This document shows positions 1 through 13,300 of a stretch of 64,000 nt of DNA, piece after piece. The position numbers and the translations under genes are program-made. Origin of the DNA: Bugula neritina (lineage: Eukaryota; Animalia; Bryozoa); assembly GCA_964035545.1 (NCBI GenBank), contig OZ037765.1, forward strand, positions 10,674,698 to 10,738,697. Reading direction: 5' to 3'. Within the stretch, counting starts at the first letter, position 1; every line of letters begins with the position of its first letter. The notes under the pieces are model-generated. The model made no database searches and was not told where the DNA came from. It saw only the letters and a list, made by a program, of their open reading frames with translations.

Positions 1-428
1 ACAGCGTCTTCCTTTGTGTTAACAGCCTGATACAGTGGCTTATCATCAGCATAAAGGCTCACACTGCAGTTTAATTTTAGTGGGAGATCATAAATGTATG
101 TTAAAAATAGTGTTGGACCTAGGACTGAACGTTGTGGAACCCCTGAGGTCACTTCTAACTCTGAGGAAAATATTCCTTCAATATCTACTTTTTGTTTTCT
201 ATGTGTCAAAAAATCTTGAATCCAGTTTACCAGTTGTGGATGTATTTCTGGTATTAGTTTCAATTTTTGCATTAGTAAAGCATGAGGCACCTTCTCAAAA
301 GCCTTCTTGAAATCAAGTACCACAGCATGTGTCATTTTATTGTTCCCTTAGTTTTTGCTAGTTCCTGGTATGTGGCGCAGAGCTGCGTTTTACAAGACAT
401 CCCTCTACTAAGTTCTGAATCCATGTTG
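1..428 (-). mobile_element. Degenerate non-LTR retrotransposon (CR1/L2-like) reverse transcriptase fragment, running off the window edge
   Basis: The minus strand translates in pieces as QHGFR..GMSCKTQL, VVLDFKKAFEKVPHALLMQKL and SGVPQRSVLGPTLFLTYIYDLP..SLYADDK. These are LINE RT motifs (GVPQGSVLGP, YADD) broken by frameshifts, stops and substitutions. Confidence 0.9.
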
Positions 429-1072
429 TCTATTAATAATAAAATATTGTTATTATTATTATTGAATTTGAAATTAATAATTTAAATTATAAAATATGTA
501 TAGTAATAATAATAATTTTAGTATAAAACATAATAATACATGTATGTTATACTTATTATTATATTTTGATTTATCATAACAATCATTTGATTTTATTAAT
601 TTTAAATAAAATATTATTTTTACTGTTTAAATTTATAATAAAATTAAATATAATTCGTAATAATTAGTAATTTAATGTTCATAAAGTTATAGTTTTGCTT
701 TGTATTACGTGTAGTTATAATATTAGTTATAACTATTGCTCTATAAGTTTTACTCTTACTAATAGTAATAGAGATAGAGCAATGATTAACTTTAAAGGTT
801 ACTGATTAGTCTAGCTCTTAGTTCAAAATTAGCGTTAACAGTAATTGTAAGTGTAAACTGTAAGTGTAACTTCTTTTGCCTTAGAGTTTATACTTTTAGT
901 TATAGGTGTCATACTAATAATTTTACAGGTTGTAATACTGTTAATTTTTGTTTAGTTCTAAAGGAAGCAAAGATGTTATGATTATCAAGTCAAACTAGTT
1001 AAGCAGTAGCACCGTTATATCCGAATCCAAATATCTAGCCTAATGATTACCAGTATGATTATGTTTGATAGA

Positions 1073-4000
1073 ATGATAGCAATGTCAGGATCTGACGAGC
1101 AAGAGTTTATAGAATGGATAAAAAGTAAAGCTGAGTCTGTTAAAGAAGCGAACATATATGAGTCGAAATCATGGCTTCTGACAGGGACTAGTATTTTTCC
1201 AAATAACATTTCTTTGAAGGTAAGTGCCTTCATAATTTTGTTATTGCATATAACTTATTATGTTATGCAGCATATGTGACAGCTATTACATATAGTCTGA
1301 GAAAAATGCATGCGGAATATTGGTGAAGTTGTTACATAGGCTAGTTCTTTATAGTATTTCTGTTTGACAATTTTTGTGTGTTTTCAATTTGTTTGTAGAT
1401 GGTGTCTTATATGACTTCAAAACAAGACAGGAATGTTGCCTTATCATCAATCACTTTGACATCAATGTGCGTAAAACTTGATTTAGTTGAATTTTGGAAG
1501 GATGTATTCTGGCATATTTGAGCTCTGTTGCTTACTTAATACCACAGGTTTATGCTGCCAGGGCTATACATAGTAAAAGGCTTAAATACTGTCATTGACT
1601 TTTCACTTGTAAATAACTCTAGTGAGACGATTTTACTTTTTTTTTCAAATCGTGAAACTGAAAATTAGCAAAGTTTTTATTTTTCATTTAAAGTAGATTG
1701 AGTATATAGGTGTTTATAGTTTATACACAAAACCTGGCATCTACTAGTATAATTCCTAATCTCTTACCAAGTATCTTGTGTAATAATTCATAGTGTGAAA
1801 ATGAAACTGGTTGATAGACTCATTACTTTACAATCTCAATAGTAAACTTATCAAAGTTTTTATTATGTTTTTTTATCTAATTAGCTCGACTCTCTTCTAA
1901 AAATCTTTTTCTTGAAAAGCTGCTTTTGATTGCAAATTTTATCATAAGTTGGTAGAATTAACACGCTTTTATTTTGTATGCATTCTTGAAGGCTTGATGC
2001 TTTGTTAGTTTCATATGTAAACACTGTGTAAAAGTAAAAGGTTAAAATGGTTTAAAATTCTGTTGGAAAAAAAAATATTACTGAAGCAGGCCTCTCTAAA
2101 TACATTTATGCAGTATAGGAATATCCAGAAGTATATGTGGTTAGCTAAATACAGTTTAAGGGTTGTGTGCCCAAGTAGTCTGGTGTTATAGTAACTTTTT
2201 GCATACATATCGTCTATTAATTTGGGCTCACCTGTTAATAACACTCGAGAAAACTAATATTCTGGTCTAATAACCCATATGGAATGGTCCAACTGTGATA
2301 GTTTATAGTCACATGATTAATTTAAGCAAGCTAGGTAATAGCTCTGTCCGTGTTTATATTATGTACTGAATTGTAATGAGTTAATGGAATACATATATGT
2401 GAAAAAGTGTACTATAGATCAATTCGGTTTCGGGTGTAACTTTGAAACTGTATTCGAGTTGTAGCCAACATGTTTTGGTATATTTTATTATTACATAAAT
2501 GTGACTTGCTTTAAACTATAAGTCACTTTTTACCCTATTTCTTTCAACACTTAATACAACAAAATTAATTGTTTTATTTTTTATGAAAATTTTCAATTGC
2601 AAAAAATATTTTGTTAAGTTTTTAATGTAACTCACTATTAGCACAATTTGTATAGAATGTTGTTGGTTAATTGTTCAGGCTAAACAATCCTGAGAACGAT
2701 TCTAATGTGGAGCTTCAGGAAGAAGTGAATTCCCTGCTGAAAAGTATGCTTTCCGATTGTACCTCACCAGAAGATAAAATTAACTCTGGTAAAACATTTG
2801 TTTCAATTGTGTCGGCATAATGCTTGATTCGATATTAATCTGATGTTTTGGCATGCATGTTAGACTTTACAAAACACTATTGCATATTGTCTCTCGTGTT
2901 GCTGCTTTGAAATTTAATGTTATAACATCATGATCTTGTCAACTAACCGTTTTTACTCGTGATAAAGTTTTGGATTAAATTACAATAGCCAGTTTAACAG
3001 AGCTGAGTTAAAGTCACAGCAAGTAAGTTAATGACCAGCCAAGTCAGGTTATGACCTAGTAAAGATAAATCAACTTCAAGTTAAATCCTGCACTGATTGG
3101 TCTTGACTCACTCAACTTGAATTGACCTGCAAGATTTTGAACAAATTCATTATTGTAAGAATAAATTGGTAGCTGCTATTCTATCTATTTTAAAATTTAT
3201 GTTTTTTAACTAAGAATGATAAATAACTAGGGAATAACTCATAACTTATGTGAAAAGGGCGTTAATGCACTGGCTATGGAATCTCTCAAATGAAACTGAA
3301 ATTATAGTTGATTGTTCCATTTACCTTAAGCCATCTTCATTAAATCACTATTTAACAATTTCATTTGAACTTTTCTGTAATTCCTGAATTTTAATTTCAA
3401 AAATTCGTAGCAAACCCATTACAATTCTCAATTTTAATCAAGCCAATTAGCTGAGTAAGTAAGTTCTCAATATTAACAAGTCAACTTGAGACAATAAAGT
3501 TCAAGATTTTGCAAGTACTCCAATTAAGTTACTTAAACTCAGTTCTGCATATAATCACAACAATAATTCCAAATAGTAAACTCTATCAGTCAGGTATACT
3601 AAGTTTATTATGTTTCAGATATATTTAAATGCATACCAAAAGATATGCAAGCTAACATATTGAAGAAAGCAGCTCTGGAATGTCAAGATGTGATAATGAA
3701 ATGTTCTCTCTTACTGCTTCTCATCAAAACTAACTCCTTCTACGCCAGAGAATACGGGGCAAGTATTTGATGGCTTTGCAGTTGAATCTTGTTGAAGTTT
3801 GTATAAAGTTGAAACAGTGGCTACTTAGTTGAGAATTTTGTAGTCTATATGAAACATTAGCAAAAATTTACTTTTTGCTGATAGTAAAAAGTTGGTATTT
3901 CATATTCCATAATTAGGTATTTCTGTAAATGTTGTAGCTCTTGCTGGTGGAAGCTCTTTTTGAAGCTGAAATAAAAGACAGTCCTAACAATAGAAATAAT

Positions 4001-7000
4001 GTATACAGAAGATATTTTGGTATGTTGGATTGCGTGTGTTTGTACAGTTAAGGTTCTAAATACGATGTATTACTTTTGTCTGGTAATGTCAAAACTCAGT
4101 CTTGAATCCCAATAGGTGTTCTTATGTAAATTTTGAAAGGGATCACAAATTTCCTAGTTGACCCCCTTTATTTAAGGTCATAAAGGTACTTATTGCTCTT
4201 TTATATTATGGATCTGTTTTTATAATGCATTTTACAAAATATCAAATCAACTAATGTTATTGTATCATTAAACAGATAATTTAGTTGAACATATTACTAC
4301 ATTATTTACATGATGCAGATAGTGATTTACTGTCACCTAGTTTCTCTATCTAGCTAATGATGCGCTGCCACTATTGTTGAGTGAAAACTCCGCCGCTACT
4401 GAGAAGAAAATCCTGCTAAGCTGGTTGGACAAGGCATTTCAGTATTACATTGTCATGGCATTCCAGTCTGGCAAGGAAGGTTAAGATACGATTCTTGCAG
4501 TTTGGTTTTGTCCCTAATTCCCTAATTGAAGTTATTTTGTATCTTTGCTAGGCTATGGCTTGTTCATGATTGGTTATGCAAAATTATATTATAAAGTGCG
4601 TTTAAATTAATATCAAATGTTTTGTTTTTGTTATATTTTTGCTACATATAAGGTTGATTTTGTGGATTGTGATAACTGTTTTGTTTCTACCAATAATATC
4701 AACTATCAGTTGATATTATTGGTAGATAACTTTTAGTTATCTTTATTTTAGCCATTTGTAATAAAATATTATATATGCTACTTGACACATGTATATTATT
4801 TTGCTAACAAATGTATAACATTAAATTTTAGCCTTTAATAAATATTGTGCTTGGAATATGCGTGTACTTGGTATTATTTGCTGTTTTGAGACAAGTAATT
4901 ACCTGAAGTTAATGTTTTGCTGTATTTAGGATTTCGCTCCCTTGCAAGCACAGCCTCAGTACCTTCTAGCACATGTAGCAAAGCCACTAGACCATGGGAT
5001 AGCTTAGCTGAGCTACTCACTCTCACCGCTAAACAAGTCAAAGTTTGGAATATCAGTATAGAGCACTTCAAATCTGAGTAAGTATATTATCATTTTGTGT
5101 TTTTTTTAAATTTTTGGGTTTCGGCATCTTTCTATTCGGTGTTGCTACTCATTGGGACAGGCTTGCTGCAAATTGACTGATTATGTTATTTTACACTTTT
5201 TACGTACACTGACTTAAGACTTATGTATCAATTATTTTGGTTTTCGGACAATTTGGGCTCAAGTCTTCATACTTTTGGCACTAGCTTTTAAATTGTGTTT
5301 CATTCATTTCATCACTTTTATCATTTTTTTGTTTGAATAATCTGCAAAAATGCTCAAACTTGATTGATACAGCCGTTTAAAAATTTGAAGCTGCTGTCGT
5401 TATTTGACCTGCAGCCCTCTCCTCTCAATAACAAATATTTGGTGGTCAGATGGATTCATGGTGTAGTAGATAGAAGAGAGGAATATTTTCAGGTCATGTG
5501 CATTAAAACTACGTATTAATATTTCTTTCTTTGCAGAGATGTCCTTGTCCAGTATCTGACATCATTGAAAGAAAGACTGGAGAAAGATTACAGGAAAACT
5601 GTGAAGAGAGAGTTTATTTACATTGGCACTTATGTTCTTCTTAAACTTGTATATAATTATAATGGATTGATTAGAAACCAGGAACCCGTTTGCCTCATAC
5701 AAAGCTCTTTTGCAGGTTGCAATCAAATTTACTACATTTTATTACTATTTTTAAACAAATCTCATCTCTCAAATAGTCATTGATTTTCCCAATAAACTCA
5801 TAAGTTATAATGTGGAAATTTTTATTCTAGAAATAGCATGTGGTACGTAGTAATACTACATTAGTGAACTAGTCAGTATTTGCTTCCGCATGATTAATTA
5901 GAAATCTATAGAAAGTGTGTTTTAGGAGAATGCTATTTAACACTGATAGAATTTGTTGGCCAACATTTGTAAAGTATTTCCCTCAAACCATCTGACCTTT
6001 GGCAATTTTTAATAAATGTCATTTACAAATGCTAATGACATTTGGCTTGTATTTTTAGCAGTTTTTTTATGAAATCAATGTCATTTCTTCTATACTGGTG
6101 GCAGATAAACCTGTGGTACCAAAGAAGCACAGAAAAGTTTCTTCCAACACGAGTTCTACACTCTCTGTTGCCCCCAACATTCAGAATGGTGACAAGTTGA
6201 TGAGTACATTCAAATCAGCCTGTTCAGTTTGGACAATGCTACACAGTGACTCAACTTATGCTAAAGGTAACCTCCTTAATAATTTCTTAAAATACTTTGT
6301 AAACAATCAAATAATGTTCTAGTAGCATATACCTTCCTGATATCACTCAAGAGTCTTTCTATTGACTTACGAAAGTTGACAAATTTTTTCAAGGTGGGTG
6401 GTGTTGGTTAGACTATATGAGATTTAGTAGAAAATAATGCTGTGTAGTGTAACACTCTTTTTTAACTTGTATTTTAATATTTGCAGTGATACAAAAGCTC
6501 TGTTTTACTATTTCTAGGTTTTACTGAGATCTTGGATCGTTTGGATTACCCGATGTGGAAGTCTAGTCTAGCCGGTTTCTCTAGAGATAGAATTGTGTAT
6601 CAGCAGGAATACAAGTCATATCCTGTATCAACCGACGGTGCCACAGAAAGCGGGTGTTACCGCCTGCAGAAAGCTTGTTGTCAATATGCTCTTGCTCTAC
6701 ACAGGGTAAGCACCATAGTCATTACTCTACAAGATCACCATATGTTTCCAGTTAACAACAGTTTACCTTATTCATGCAAATCCTGTTTTCAAATGTTAAA
6801 GTTGGTTGAAAAATAATTACTTATAAATCATTTTGCAGGTGATACTCAAGCGTCAATACAGTTTCACCATTTATGTTTATAAAGCTACTACATTTCATTA
6901 ACCAAAATATTGAATTTGCATCATTTTCTATATGCGGTTGATTTGTAGGAAGCTTGTAAAGAGATATTAGAGATAATTACAGATGAGTCTGTAAACTCAG

Positions 7001-9791
7001 TCAAAACTTGCTCTTGCCAAGACACACCCGGAAGTCAGCAAACCAGCATAGTCTTCACATTCCTATCAAGCCCCCAAGATGTCTTTAACCATGGTGTTGA
7101 CTTATTAATCTTCGCTTTGAAAGTATGCATTTATATTAATAGAATTTAATTGGAGTTATGATCTCTTGCAACAACGAAAACATTTATCATCGAATAGTAA
7201 AACAACTTTAGGTTATCAGCAATATGCAATTCACTTATGATCATTTGCACTATGGCCTAAATATGTTAAACTCATTTTGCCCATAAGCACTTATTAGCAT
7301 TATTAGAAAGCTTAAGACAACTTTACTGATGGGAATAAAAAGTGTTTTGTTCACTGTACAATATATATTCTACAATATATAAAGTGTAAAAAGGCATTTT
7401 GAACCTTACATAATAAGATAATTTTTCTCCCATATCGAGGAAAAAATTTTTCTTTCCGGTTTGTTTTTGGTGGATTCAGCATATCTTAAGCTGTTTAATT
7501 ACGTTTAAAAAGTGACTGGTGGATGAAAACTTTTTAATTTTTTTTGAATGTGGTATCATTTTGCTTCTCCACATAAATTAGCTTTTATTTTTCTCTTAGT
7601 TCATTATGCTTGTCAGAATGTTTGGATAGTTTGTCATGCTTGCATCTCATTTAAGTTTGGATACATATGCTTGAAAGTTCAATTGATTTTTCAAATTAAG
7701 GGAAATGATTTATAATAATTGAACTTGGCTCAATAGGAAAAAACAAGCATATCAAGGAGATTGAAAGTGAATAATGTATACTTCTAGACAGTATGTTGAT
7801 ATTCACTACATCTTTTAATATAGCTTATCTGTATTTGTAGGGATGTTTAACCAGGAACCCTGCAAATATTACTTGTATTGAATATCTCTGTGTGCTAAGT
7901 CAACTTCATTGGCCAAAGCATAAAAGTCAGCTCTTCGACAGCATCAGATCTCTGGTTAAAGCAACTGGAAAATTTACTTTTACTAACTTTTTCAGCTATA
8001 TAATTAGTAAGTGCGTTCTATATATTTCATCAACAAATTTACATTATATTTTATTAGTTTTGCGGTATTTTCTCCATCACATCTATCGTAAAGCGGACTT
8101 GCAAGTTACATTTATCTAGTTTTGAAGTTTGCAAAAATATCTTGGCTACAACTCAAATACAGCTTTAGCGTTGTATACCAATCAAATTTTGTTTATACTC
8201 CATTTTATTAATGTATTTCTTGAAGGAATGCATCAGCTTAGATGTACATTATTAGTACAAATTTTCTTGCTTATGTTACTTATAGACAGCCTTTCTGATG
8301 TTTTTATTTATTATATGTACAATAGCATAATTATTGAAATAGAATAGCTATATGAAATGTATAGAATATAGAATAATTGCATTAATTTTAGTGAGAGTAC
8401 TCATACTTGGCGAATGAACCGTAATTGTTATCATCAGAATACTTCTAGTTATTAATTATTATTGGAGTGGCTAGTAAATTATCAATGAGAGCTATTGTCA
8501 AGCTAAACCAATTTTCAACACTGCAGTTTCAGTCAAGAGTTATTGGGTAATTACTAAATGAAATATTAAAAAGAATCATAATTGTAATTTGAATGCTCCT
8601 ACTGATCAGATTGAGTTTGAACCTGAAGTGAAGCTGGAAGTTCAATGTTACATACTTCATGATCATACGGCCTTAAGGGTTTATAAATGCTATGCTGGGA
8701 AAAATTGCCAGACTTTGCCGTTTTATTAAAATGATGTTATTGCAGTAAATTTTGGCTTTATTTTGTTCACTGGAAATCGGAAATAGGCTAAATCATTTTT
8801 TTTATGTTTACTATTTCATTAGGCAGTAGCTTTGATATTTGATGTCTTTAGCAGGGTAGTTTCATATGCTTTCTCACTTCCAAGTATGTATAGTGATTAA
8901 AACTTTTAAATTATCCTAGTGCTTAATCTGGGTATTGCAGCAACTAAGAATAACATGTAATACAAGTTGGCAATAATCAGTAATAATCATCTAATGCTAT
9001 AATCACTGCGAACCCTGACCTCAGCTACATAAGGTGCCCTAAAATCCCGAATTAATTGAAGAAATGTGTAAGCAAACCAAATTCTAGGGGCACACAACCC
9101 TGAAACTGATAGCTGAGATATTTATGGATATTTTAATACTAAATACGATTCACCCCTACTGATATTTAAGACTATGGACTTAGTTACTGTTGATATATAT
9201 GGAGTACAAATTATTATGTTACCTCTTTGGTGCAGCTACTAATGCAATGCTCTTAAACTCCAGTTACATTTTTCTTATTCGCAGATGTTGAAATTCTAGA
9301 GGAAATAGCTTATTTGAGAACAGAACAAGGTGGAAATGTGGTGCTGGAAATACAACCTACATCTTCGGCAAAGTAATTGCATACTTTAAAAGATGACCCT
9401 TATTCTCATATTTAATCACTGCAGACAAGATACGTAGCTGATTATAGAAATAACATATGATATAATAGCACACCATGTGTAGCTCAGGATGCACCTTACA
9501 ATAGCCTTATAATGCTTCTTATTTTAAAGGAAGTAGCAAGTTATTGATTTAAGAATTCAAGTTAACTGGCTCATCCTATTTCAATTTTGATATTTTATTC
9601 AGACCAATGAACATTGCTGTTTAACTTTGTATTACAGACAAAGAACAGTCACAAGGGGTGTCAGTAGAGATGCACAGGAAGACATAAAGGCAGCATTTGA
9701 AAGACAAGTAGCAAGGTCATCGGAGTGTGTGGATCACTTAGTGATAAATTTCCTAAGAGAAAAGATGAATGACATCGCTGCAGTTTTCTAA
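1073..9791 (+). CDS. INTS10: Integrator complex subunit 10 (multi-exon)
   Basis: Exon 1 (to 1219) reads EFIEWIKSKAESVKEANIYESKSWLLTGTSIFP. Later exons read DIFKCIPKDMQANILKKAALEC..EYG (3619-3758), LLLVEALFEAE..NNVYRRYF, DVEILEEIAYLRTEQGGNVVLEIQP and RTVTRGVSRDAQEDIKAAFERQVARSSECV..F*. All resemble INTS10 N- and C-terminal sequence. Start is ATG 1073 or 1082; stop is TAA 9789-9791. Not every internal exon was mapped. Confidence 0.9.
2998..3547. mobile_element. Possible degenerate MITE (hAT-like CAG ends) in an INTS10 intron
   Basis: Imperfect terminal inverted repeats: CAGAGCTGAGTTAAAGTCAC versus the reverse complement of the right end, CAGAACTGAGTTTAAGTAAC (17/20). Internal repeated TCAACTT motifs. 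No clear target-site duplication. Confidence 0.4.
4686..4726. repeat. Perfect 19-bp inverted repeat with 3-nt loop
   Basis: TCTACCAATAATATCAACT-atc-AGTTGATATTATTGGTAGA. Confidence 0.9.
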
Positions 9792-10372
9792 TCGCATACT
9801 GTGCCTGTAAATAAGGAATTAACCAAAAGGTTACTCATTTTATTTTATACATTAGGCACTAGCCATTTAAGCTAAATTACAGAATCTCCCCAGTTAATTA
9901 AAGCTATGGTTTGTTGCTATGTAAAGCACTTTATTGATTAATGTGTCATGGACATATTGCAAAGTTGTTAGGCAGATTTGTATATTCGTCCAACAGTGTA
10001 AATTATTAATTTCTTTCTGTTGCTTCTAAGAGCCACAATCTGCTTGAAAGCATGCAATGTAAATGTTATGATCTTAATTTGAAGAAATTTTGTCAATATT
10101 TGTAATTAACAATTGACACATAGATGCACACAACTCTGGTTCACATTTGAACATTTAATGTACTTATTGTTATTAGTTATTGAACTGTTAACACTCTCAA
10201 GTCTATTTATGGAATAAATCTATAAATCTAACAGTTGATAAGATGTCATATATTTTACATGTTCATATTACAACATGTCATAAAATAAAATGGTATATAT
10301 AATTTAAAAAATATATATCAAATATATATTCTACCTTAATAAAAGCCTCTGTGTTTTCTTTTGTTTACTGTT

Positions 10373-13300
10373 TTAAAGCTTTGAATCACTTCCAATTGAA
10401 ATACAGTCTGAAACAAAGAAAAAATAGACATGAAAATTTATTACAAAGATACAAGACAAGAATGGGCAGATTTATTTTGAAAATAAAAAGCTCCTCAATA
10501 AAGCAAACATTAAATATGGGGTAGGACTAAAGAAATGATTTTTCAATTTGTCTTGCACCAATATTTTAATTGGATAATTGATAATTTTTGGTGTGCAGGA
10601 GAATAAGATATTGGGGTAGTAAAGTGTATGGCCAGTATCTTTAAGTAATATACCTGTTTTTGCTGCAGTGTGTTGGGTAGGTTCATTATTTGTTGAGTGT
10701 GTGCAATCAGTAGTGGTGGTATTACATTGCTGACTAAAATTTTGCAGAGATAAGTGCTCAACCTGGTTGGATATAGTAGAAGTTGAAGAATCGACAGCGG
10801 CATTACATTTACTTGCCAAACTTTTCATCTCTTGGGTGACCTGCATTAATGATTTATTTATAAGTTATATTAGCTTGCTACACGTGCGAGTGCATTTTTA
10901 GTAACATGTTTGAAATTACATGACTGAGTTACCAGGTTTAGTTTAGCTTGATTGAGCACCAAATCCCGTTCAAGTTGAGAAATCTTATTTTCAGCTGAAG
11001 TGAAAGTATCGGAGGAATTCTGGCCGGCAAGCATGCTTTTCCTAGATGATGATGAGCTCTTCATAGAAAGACGGGGGCGGGGTAGTAGCCCTTTAGGATC
11101 TTGTCTCAAATGCATTATCTTTAATTAAAATTCAGACTGAAATTAGAGTGAGGATTTGTGACTGTTCACTTAAACCTAATACATCACCCTTCCTATGATT
11201 CAAAGAAAGCAAGATAAAAAATATTTTTAAGAATACTATAGGCTACTAGTCTAGGATGTTTATCGACATGAGCTGTGATTCTAGAAATTTATTTACCTTT
11301 GGCACAAATACCAGACATAAAGTAATGGTGGTGCAGAGTATTATGAGAAGACCAATGATGAGATCACTGTGATCCTGTTGACTAGTGATGACATAGGATA
11401 TGGTTACTGCACTCGTACTCATTATAACCACATTGTATACACTCATCCCGATATACTTGGAGTCATTCAAAGCTGGAATATTAACATGACGGGTTTGCCA
11501 GGCAAAGAAGCAACCAATGACCTAAAGAAAACACCAGATTTAATATAAATTTCAACTATGCATGAGGTATGTTTTAAAGGTATGCTTATCTCATTATAAA
11601 TACATCATAAAATTGTTGACTATTATGAAATATTTTCAGGTTATTGTGATAAATATCAACATTATCATTACAGTATTTTTGTTATAGAATAATGTTATTT
11701 CTGAATGATTTGACTTACAAGTAACAATCCTTTATAGGAGTAGGTAATTGCAGCCCAGATATTCATGCGCTCACTTTCACAAGTGTAAAGTATCCTTGAG
11801 ATGATGGTGTTTTTTTCTTCCTAAAAAATATTTGTTTTGTCATGGGATTTTATTCGGCTACTGTCTATGCAATGCATTGTTTGAAATAAAATCGGACACA
11901 TACACATTAATTATTGCTGCAGATTCTACATTAATAATGTATTGCATTATAAGAAAACTTATTGAAGATATTTCCCAAGAGATTATTATACTGATGCCAA
12001 AAAGTCTAAATTCATTGTTAAAATGTATCACATTGGAGTAAAATTAAACTATAAATTCATTGTGCTAATTATATTCCACACAAATGCTGTCTATGCACAA
12101 TTGGCCGTATTTTACAATTGCGTTTTCAATAAACAGATCAACATAGACAAAAGCTGTCTGTTTGAAATGAAGCAACCTATGATTTATTAGAAATTTTGTC
12201 ACAGAATTTCATTTACTCTTTCATACTAATAGTTTTCAAGCATTGGCTTAGAATTCAAGACATAACAGTTATACTTCAGGAACAGACAGACTAGTTCCAA
12301 TGTTACTACTAAATGTTGTATTGCAAGTTGTATTAAAAATAATACTGTTTTGTTATTTATATTTAAGCTATTTTACAAGCTGCACATGTTTATAAACACT
12401 ACACAAACATTCTTGTTATGTTATAAACACTATGAAAACCAAGCGTCAACAAGGTATTGGGGGCGTAACATTAATGTCACATGAATGTATAACTACACAC
12501 ACACATGCACACAGCACACACACGGCACACACACAGCACACATGTACAAACATATATTATAAAATATCCTTACAATCCGGTCCAATTCTGTTTCTTCGAC
12601 TTGGAGAGGATCCACAATAGCCCATGCAATTAATAAGATTAAGTCAAGACAAAGTAGAAGGACTACTACTATGAATAGCATGCCATCTGTTATCATCTGC
12701 AATGAATATCAACATAATTATTCCACATATTCCCTGCTATAATTAAATATAATATGGCATTGTACTCCATTTGTATCAAATATTATATATAAGTTGTAGT
12801 GAACATTAATCAAAGGTTTACTACATAATAGATGTTGCTGTGTTATATGTATAGCTTGCCAGATGTTTTAAATACCTACTCTCTTTTGGCCATGTGGTGA
12901 GTTGAATATCGTGTAGACTCGCCATGTTTTAGCAAATAATGCTCCAAATGACAAACTAAATCCAAAGAATAACGCCCATGTCCTTGCCTAAAATATATAA
13001 TTAGAAAGGTCAGATCTCAAATAATCAGGATATATACATAGTACTGCATAACCACCCATCATCACCTACATCATTGCCCATTTACACTTAATGTATAAAC
13101 TGTGTATTGTCAATATCGGTTTATTTATGCTTGATTCAACGTAATATATTATCTAGACTGGCATAAAACAAGTCCCATTATCACTAAAGCTTTTATAAAA
13201 AGTTTTGAATTAATTATGTGTAGAACACTTACTATGCAGATGACCTGACGAGTCGTGTTAGAAGAATCAACGTGAATTCTCATGACAAATACCGTAGAGT

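Noticed and set aside
8524-9110. Possible MITE bounded by CAGTTTCAG / CTGAAACTG
   Set aside because: A 9-bp inverted match with no target-site duplication is too weak to call.
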